Source of the DNA: an uncultured delta proteobacterium
GTDB lineage: Bacteria; Myxococcota; Myxococcia; Myxococcales; Anaeromyxobacteraceae
Reading direction: 5' to 3'
NCBI GenBank assembly: GCA_963766715.1
Contig: CAVYBH010000015.1
Span: forward strand, 192,001 to 256,000
DNA: 64,000 bases
Every line of letters starts with the position of its first letter. The stretch's first letter is position 1. The notes below the pieces were generated by a model. It saw nothing but the letters and a program-made list of their open reading frames with translations. It did not search any database and had not been told where the DNA came from. Positions 59,170 to 64,000 of the stretch are shown piece by piece. The translations under genes were made by a program, and so were the position numbers.

Positions 59170-60348
59170 ATGAAGCAAACGATCCGCCGTCTCGCCCTGG
59201 TCGTCGCCGTCTCCCTGGGACTCTCCCCCGCCGCCCGCGCCGCCGACGACGTGGTCACCGTCGGCGCCTGCCAGCCCATCACCGGCCGCTTCGCCTTCGC
59301 CGGCGTGGCCATCAACGCCGGCCTGCAGGACTACCTGAACTTCGCCAACGAGAAGGGGCTGGTGAAGGGCAAGAAGTTCAACTACGTGTACGAGGACTCC
59401 GGGTACGACACCGACCGCGCCGTGGCCTGCTTCAAGCAGATCATGGCCAAGCACAACCCGGTCATCATGTACGGCGAGTCCACCGGGCTCGGGAAGGCCA
59501 TCGCCCCCGAGCTGACCTCCCGCTACAAGGTGCTCTACGCCTCGGCCTCGTTCTCCAGCGAGCTCGCCGATCCCAAGACCCACCCCTACTCCTTCATCTC
59601 CGGGCCCACCTACTCGGACATGTTCGGCGTGCTGCTCGACTACATCGCCCGCAACAAGGGGGCGGCGAAGCCCAAGGTGGCCTTCTTCTACAGCGACACC
59701 GAGTTCGGCAAGGACCCCATCCCCTACGCGAGGAAGCGGGCCGCCGAGCTGGGGATCGACGTGGTCAGCGAGATCGTCACCAAGGCGGGCGCCGTCGACG
59801 TGACGAGCGAGGTGCTCCAGCTCAAGAAGACCAACCCCGACTACGTCATCTTCCAGGGCTACATCCTCTCGCCCATCATCGAGGTCATCCGCGCCACCAA
59901 GGACTTCGGCCTCAAGACCAAGTTCATGGGCACCTTCTGGTCGATGGACAAGGGCATCATCGACAAGCTCGGGCCGGACGCCGACGGCTACATGGGCGTG
60001 AACGCCTTCGCCTACTACTACGAGGACTCGGCGCCGGGCATCGCCGCCATGCGGGCGTACAACCAGAAGGCCCACCCGGACGTGAAGTACCAGCCCAACT
60101 CCTACATCCAGGGCTGGTTCACCGGCATGGTCTACGTGGAGGCGGTGAAGCGCGTGGTGGCGGCCGGCAAGCCGGTCACCGGGGAGAACCTGGCCGCCGT
60201 CCTCGACACCATCAAGGACTGGGACACCGGCGGGGTCACCGGCAAGGTCACCTTCGTGAACCACAAGGCCGGCGTGGGGCGCGTCTACAGGGCCAACGCG
60301 CAGAAGGGCATCTTCGAGCCGGCCTCCGACTGGATCTACACGAAGTGA
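59170..60348 (+). CDS. Liv-type periplasmic substrate-binding protein
   Basis: Signal peptide; PBP1 pattern ITGRFAFAG, EDSGYD, DTEFGK. Confidence 0.9.
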   Translation: MKQTIRRLALVVAVSLGLSPAARAADDVVTVGACQPITGRFAFAGVAINAGLQDYLNFANEKGLVKGKKFNYVYEDSGYDTDRAVACFKQIMAKHNPVIMYGESTGLGKAIAPELTSRYKVLYASASFSSELADPKTHPYSFISGPTYSDMFGVLLDYIARNKGAAKPKVAFFYSDTEFGKDPIPYARKRAAELGIDVVSEIVTKAGAVDVTSEVLQLKKTNPDYVIFQGYILSPIIEVIRATKDFGLKTKFMGTFWSMDKGIIDKLGPDADGYMGVNAFAYYYEDSAPGIAAMRAYNQKAHPDVKYQPNSYIQGWFTGMVYVEAVKRVVAAGKPVTGENLAAVLDTIKDWDTGGVTGKVTFVNHKAGVGRVYRANAQKGIFEPASDWIYTK

Positions 60349-61148
60349 ACCCGCCGCTCCTCCACGTCAACAACCTGGAGGTGGTCTACCACCACACCAT
60401 CCAGGTGCTGAAGGGGCTCTCCCTCTCCGTGCCCGAGGGCGCCATCGTGGCGCTCCTCGGGTCGAACGGGGCCGGGAAGACCACCACCCTGAAGGCCATC
60501 TCCGGTCTCCTTCCCCTCGAGGACGGGGAGATCGTCGACGGGGAGATCGCCTTCCGTGGAGCCTCCATCGCCGGGAAGCTGCCCCATCGCATCGCGCAGG
60601 AGGGGCTCTTCCAGGTGATGGAGGGGCGGCGCATCTTCGAGCACCTCACGGTGGAGGAGAACCTGGAGGCCGCCACCTACGCGCGCCGCGGAGGCGTCGA
60701 CCTGGGCGAGGCGCTCCGGAAGGTCTTCGCCTACTTCCCGCGCCTGCGGGAGCGGCGCAAGCAGCTGGGCGGCTACCTCTCGGGCGGGGAGCAGCAGATG
60801 CTCGCCATCGGCCGGGCGCTGGTGGCGGGGCCGTCGCTCCTGCTCCTCGACGAGCCGTCGCTGGGGCTCTCCCCGCTGCTCGTGCAGGAGATCTTCCACA
60901 TCGTCGAGGCCATCAACCGGGACGAGAAGGTCTCCATCCTGCTGGTCGAGCAGAACGCCCGCATGGCGCTGGGGATCGCGACCCACGCCTACATCATGGA
61001 GAACGGCAAGGTGGTCCTCGACGGCCCGGCCGAGAAGCTGCGCGAGGACCGCGACGTGCAGGAGTTCTACCTGGGCAGCCGGGGCGGCGAGCAGGCCAGC
61101 TACCGGGACGTGAAGCACTACCGGAGGAGGAAGCGTTGGCTCTCCTGA
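60345..61148 (+). CDS. Liv-type ABC ATP-binding protein (LivF-like)
   Basis: GSNGAGKTT, LSGGEQQM, DEPSLGL, EQNA, C-terminal KHYRRRKRWL. Confidence 0.92.
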   Translation: MNPPLLHVNNLEVVYHHTIQVLKGLSLSVPEGAIVALLGSNGAGKTTTLKAISGLLPLEDGEIVDGEIAFRGASIAGKLPHRIAQEGLFQVMEGRRIFEHLTVEENLEAATYARRGGVDLGEALRKVFAYFPRLRERRKQLGGYLSGGEQQMLAIGRALVAGPSLLLLDEPSLGLSPLLVQEIFHIVEAINRDEKVSILLVEQNARMALGIATHAYIMENGKVVLDGPAEKLREDRDVQEFYLGSRGGEQASYRDVKHYRRRKRWLS

Positions 61149-62944
61149 CCTCCGACACGCTGCCGAAGCTCCTGGTCGAGCGGGCCGGGCTGGCGCCTGG
61201 CGAGGTCGCGCTGCGCGAGAAGCAGTTCGGCATCTGGCAGCGGGTGACCTGGGCCGGCTACCTGGACCACGTGCGGCGGGCCTGCATGGGCCTCGCCTCC
61301 CTGGGGCTCGGGCGCGGGGACAAGGTGGCCATCCTCTCCGAGAACCGCCGGGAGTGGCTCTACGCGGAGCTGGCGGCCATGTCGGCCGGCGCGGTGGGCG
61401 TGGGCGTCTACCCGACCAGCCCGTCGAACGAGGTGCAGTACGTGGTCGAGCACTCCGGGGCCACCATCGTGGTCGCGGAGGATCAGGAGCAGGTCGACAA
61501 GATCCTGGAGGTCGGCGACCGGTTGCCGGCGGTCCGGCACATCGTGGTCCCGGAGACGAAGGGGCTGCGCAGCTACCGCGACCCGCGGCTCGTCACCTGG
61601 GAGGAGCTCGAGGCCCGCGGCGAGGCGTACGCGGCCGGGCACCCCGGCCTCTTCGACGAGCTGGTGGCGGCCACCCGGCCCGACGACGTGGCCTTCCTCA
61701 TCTACACCTCGGGCACGACCGGCTTCCCCAAGGGCGCGATGATCACCCACCGGAACGTGCTGGCCCAGGCCCGCGCCGCCGCCGCGGCCACCGGGATCGA
61801 CGGCCGCGACTCGGTGGTGTCCTACCTGCCGCTCTGCCACGTGGCCGAGCAGATCTTCTCGGTCTACCTCCCGCTCCAGCTGGGCATGACGGTCAGCTTC
61901 GCGGAGAGCATCCGGACCATCCAGGAGGACCTGCGCGAGATCGCGCCCAGCGTGTTCCTGGGGGTGCCGCGCATCTGGGAGAAGCTGCAGGCCACCATCC
62001 TGGTGAAGATCCAGGAGACCGGGCGGCTGCGCCGCTGGCTGTTCGAGGGCGCCCTCTCCCGCGGGCGCCGCCTCACGGCGCGGCGGCTGGCCGGCGAGCC
62101 GGTGGGTCCGCTCGACCGGGTCGCCTCCGCCCTCGATTACGTGCTGGTGCGCCGCGCGCTGCAGAACTTCGTCGGGCTGCGGCGCGCCCGCGCCACCTTC
62201 TCGGCGGCCGCCGCCATCTCCCCCGAGGTGCTGCTCTTCTTCCACGCCATGGGCATCCCGGTCCGGGAGGGCTACGGGATGACCGAGTGCACCGGGTTCT
62301 CCTTCGTGCAGCGCGAGGGCGCCATCCGGCTGGGCACGGTGGGGGACCCCATCCCCGGCCTCGAGTTCCGGCTGGCCGAGGACGGCGAGCTCCTGAAGCG
62401 CGGCGAGACCATCTTCGCCGGGTACTTCCGGGACGAGCGGGCCACCGCCGAGGTGCTGGAGGGCGGCTGGCTCCACACCGGCGACGTGGCCGCCCAGGAC
62501 CCCGACGGCCAGCTCCGCATCGTCGACCGCAAGAAGGCCATCTTCGTCACCTCGGGCGGAAAGAACGTCTCCCCGTCCCTCATCGAGAACGCCCTCAAGG
62601 TCTCCCCGTACGTCAAGGAGGCGGTGGTGCTCGGGGAGGGCGAGAAGTTCGTCTCGGCGCTCCTCCAGATCGACTTCGAGAACGTGGGGCAGTGGGCCAC
62701 CGAGCGGCGGCTGGCCTACACCAACTTCCGGAGCTTGACGGCCCTGCCGGAGGTAATGGATCTGGTGACCCGCGAGGTGGAGAGGGCCAACGCCGGCCTG
62801 GCGCCGGTGGAGCAGGTCCGCAAGTTCCGCCTCCTCGAGAAAGAGCTGGACCACGACGACAACGAGGTCACCGCCACCATGAAGGTCCGCCGCAAGACCA
62901 TCTACGAGAAGTTCGCCCCGCTGATCCGGGAGATCTACCGGTGA
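61136..62944 (+). CDS. Long-chain fatty acid-CoA ligase (AMP-binding)
   Basis: YTSGTTGFPKG, YLPLCH, GYGMTE, GWLHTGD, DRKK. Confidence 0.9.
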   Translation: MALLTSDTLPKLLVERAGLAPGEVALREKQFGIWQRVTWAGYLDHVRRACMGLASLGLGRGDKVAILSENRREWLYAELAAMSAGAVGVGVYPTSPSNEVQYVVEHSGATIVVAEDQEQVDKILEVGDRLPAVRHIVVPETKGLRSYRDPRLVTWEELEARGEAYAAGHPGLFDELVAATRPDDVAFLIYTSGTTGFPKGAMITHRNVLAQARAAAAATGIDGRDSVVSYLPLCHVAEQIFSVYLPLQLGMTVSFAESIRTIQEDLREIAPSVFLGVPRIWEKLQATILVKIQETGRLRRWLFEGALSRGRRLTARRLAGEPVGPLDRVASALDYVLVRRALQNFVGLRRARATFSAAAAISPEVLLFFHAMGIPVREGYGMTECTGFSFVQREGAIRLGTVGDPIPGLEFRLAEDGELLKRGETIFAGYFRDERATAEVLEGGWLHTGDVAAQDPDGQLRIVDRKKAIFVTSGGKNVSPSLIENALKVSPYVKEAVVLGEGEKFVSALLQIDFENVGQWATERRLAYTNFRSLTALPEVMDLVTREVERANAGLAPVEQVRKFRLLEKELDHDDNEVTATMKVRRKTIYEKFAPLIREIYR

Positions 62945-64000
62945 CCCGCGGCGCCCACGCGAAGGGGACGCACGCGGCCATCGTCGGCTGGGGGAAGTGC
63001 CTGCCCCCTGCCGTGCTCTCGAACGGGGACCTGGCCACCTTCCTCGACACCGACGACGAGTGGATCGCCTCGCGCACCGGCATGCGGGAGCGACGCATCT
63101 CCCACGTCCCGCTCGGCGAGCTGATCCACGTGGCCGCGGCGCGCGCGCTGGCCTGCGCCGGGCTGGGCGCGGACGCGCTCGACCTCATCATCGTGGGGAG
63201 CACGCTGGGCGACGAGCTGGCGCCCAACGTCGCCTCGGGCACGCAGAAGCGGCTCGGCGCGAAGAACGCGGCCGCCATGGACGTGAACACCGCGTGCACG
63301 AGCTTCCTCTACGGCCTCTCCACCGCCACCGCCCTCATCCGCACCGGCGTCGTCCGCACCGCGCTGGTGGTGGGCGCCGAGGCGCCGACCCCCTTCATGG
63401 ACTGGGACAACCGGAACGTGGCCGTGCTCTTCGGCGACGGGTGCGGCGCCGTCGTGCTGCAGGCCACCGACCGGGAGGAAGGGCTCCTGGCCGAGCGGCT
63501 CGGCTGCTTCGGCGACAACCGGGACATCCTCGACATCCGCGGCGTGGGCGCCCGGTACGCCAACCAGGGCATTCCCCACGGCTACACCTCCTGGAACTTC
63601 GACGGCCAGGAGATCTTCAAGCGCGCCGTGCTGGGCATGACCCAGGCCAGCGTGGAGGCGCTCGCCCGGCGGGGACTCACCATCGGGGACGTCGACCTCA
63701 TGGTCCCGCACCAGGCCAACCAGCGGATCATCGACGCCGTCGGCAAGCGCGTCGGCATCGATCCGGCGAAGGTCTTCGTGAACGTGCAGCGCTACGGGAA
63801 CATGTCGGCCGCCACCGTGCCGGTGGCGCTCGTCGAGGCCCTCGAGGAGGGGCGCGTCCGTCCGGGCGCCACCCTGCTCCTGCCGGCCTTCGGCGCCGGC
63901 CTCTCCTGGTGCGCCCACGTGGTGCGCTGGGGCGAGCGGGTCACCGCGCTCGGGACGAGCGACGTGGCGCTGCCCCCTTGCGACCGGACCGGCCTCGAGC
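62941..64000 (+). CDS. fabH: 3-oxoacyl-ACP synthase III (runs off window end)
   Basis: Read manually from GTG 62941: GWGKCLP, DEWIASRTG, NTACTSF (Cys), LFGDG, PHQAN (His), YGNMS (Asn), FGAG. Confidence 0.9.
   Translation, partial: MTRGAHAKGTHAAIVGWGKCLPPAVLSNGDLATFLDTDDEWIASRTGMRERRISHVPLGELIHVAAARALACAGLGADALDLIIVGSTLGDELAPNVASGTQKRLGAKNAAAMDVNTACTSFLYGLSTATALIRTGVVRTALVVGAEAPTPFMDWDNRNVAVLFGDGCGAVVLQATDREEGLLAERLGCFGDNRDILDIRGVGARYANQGIPHGYTSWNFDGQEIFKRAVLGMTQASVEALARRGLTIGDVDLMVPHQANQRIIDAVGKRVGIDPAKVFVNVQRYGNMSAATVPVALVEALEEGRVRPGATLLLPAFGAGLSWCAHVVRWGERVTALGTSDVALPPCDRTGLE

Overview
Very GC-rich bacterial DNA. Gene content and style suggest Myxococcota, possibly Anaeromyxobacter-like, but this is an inference. 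Many genes carry single-base indels that look like uncorrected long-read errors, so several CDS calls are stitched across frames and their ends are approximate. Left part (1-26 kb): pentose-phosphate operon (tal-pgi-gnd-zwf-phosphatase), SDR, yebC, an orphan CHASE3/PAS kinase, two tandem paralogous outer-membrane beta-barrels with divergent Tyr/Cys-rich loops, old-yellow enzyme, malic enzyme, an OmpR-type two-component pair, acyl-CoA dehydrogenase, and a BMP-type nucleoside ABC transporter with gpt. Centre (~26.3-51.5 kb): a ~25 kb Wzx/Wzy exopolysaccharide locus whose genes resemble, from memory, the Vibrio syp biofilm locus (SypA/D/G/L/M/N/O/P-like genes plus a SypQ-SypR fusion). It uses a myxobacterial-type short OPX plus beta-barrel exporter and includes a DUF4091/GH123-like hydrolase. 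Its regulation can be read from the DNA: six sigma54 -24/-12 elements, a recurrent GTTCC-N5-GGAAC palindrome, one sigma54 activator, two stand-alone Hpt proteins, two stand-alone receivers (one a close copy of the activator's receiver) and no local kinase. Right part (51.5-64 kb): an atypical two-subunit acyl-CoA carboxylase divergent from a Liv-type ABC transporter, acyl-CoA ligase and FabH. No rRNA, tRNA, CRISPR array or mobile element was recognised.
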